In this document: piece by piece, positions 63,951-64,000 of the stretch | How positions within the stretch are numbered: the stretch's first letter is position 1 | Layout of the letters: every line of letters starts with the position of its first letter | Program-made: the position numbers and the translations under genes | NCBI GenBank assembly: GCA_951406725.2 | Contig: OX597831.1 | Span: 43,338,001-43,402,000, forward strand | Direction of reading: 5' to 3' | DNA from: Octopus vulgaris | Taxonomy: Eukaryota | Length of the DNA: 64,000 nucleotides | The notes under the pieces: generated by a model | The model's input: the letters and a program-made list of their open reading frames with translations, nothing else | Databases searched by the model: none | What the model was told of the DNA's origin: nothing

Positions 63951-64000
63951 ATATATATGATTGGCTTCTTCCATTTTCTGTCAACAAACCCCATTCACAA

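Overview
AT-rich, repeat-dense metazoan DNA; the repeat families and genes suggest an octopus or other coleoid cephalopod (inference). Left part (1-26.9 kb): a head-to-tail cluster of intronless, heat-inducible-type HSP70 genes on +. Two are intact 635-aa copies with HSE/CRE/TATA promoters, and a third has lost its C-terminal motif. Between copies 2 and 3 lie a Chapaev3-like remnant and a decayed CR1-type LINE, into whose ORF1 a young, GC-rich 4.2-kb LTR retrotransposon has inserted (5-bp TSD). Right part (33-58 kb): the last ten coding exons of an ADAM10/Kuzbanian gene on -, including a U12 AT-AC intron; its introns are packed with SINEs and Tc1/mariner, piggyBac and Helitron-like elements. 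Most unusual: (1) the LTR element has no TGG primer-binding site and instead carries 12 nt exactly complementary to the 5' end of tRNA-Phe; (2) two small fold-back elements carry minimal hammerhead ribozymes, one with a tRNA-like head; (3) a -1 frameshift heptamer plus pseudoknot. All calls were made by eye; no searches were run.
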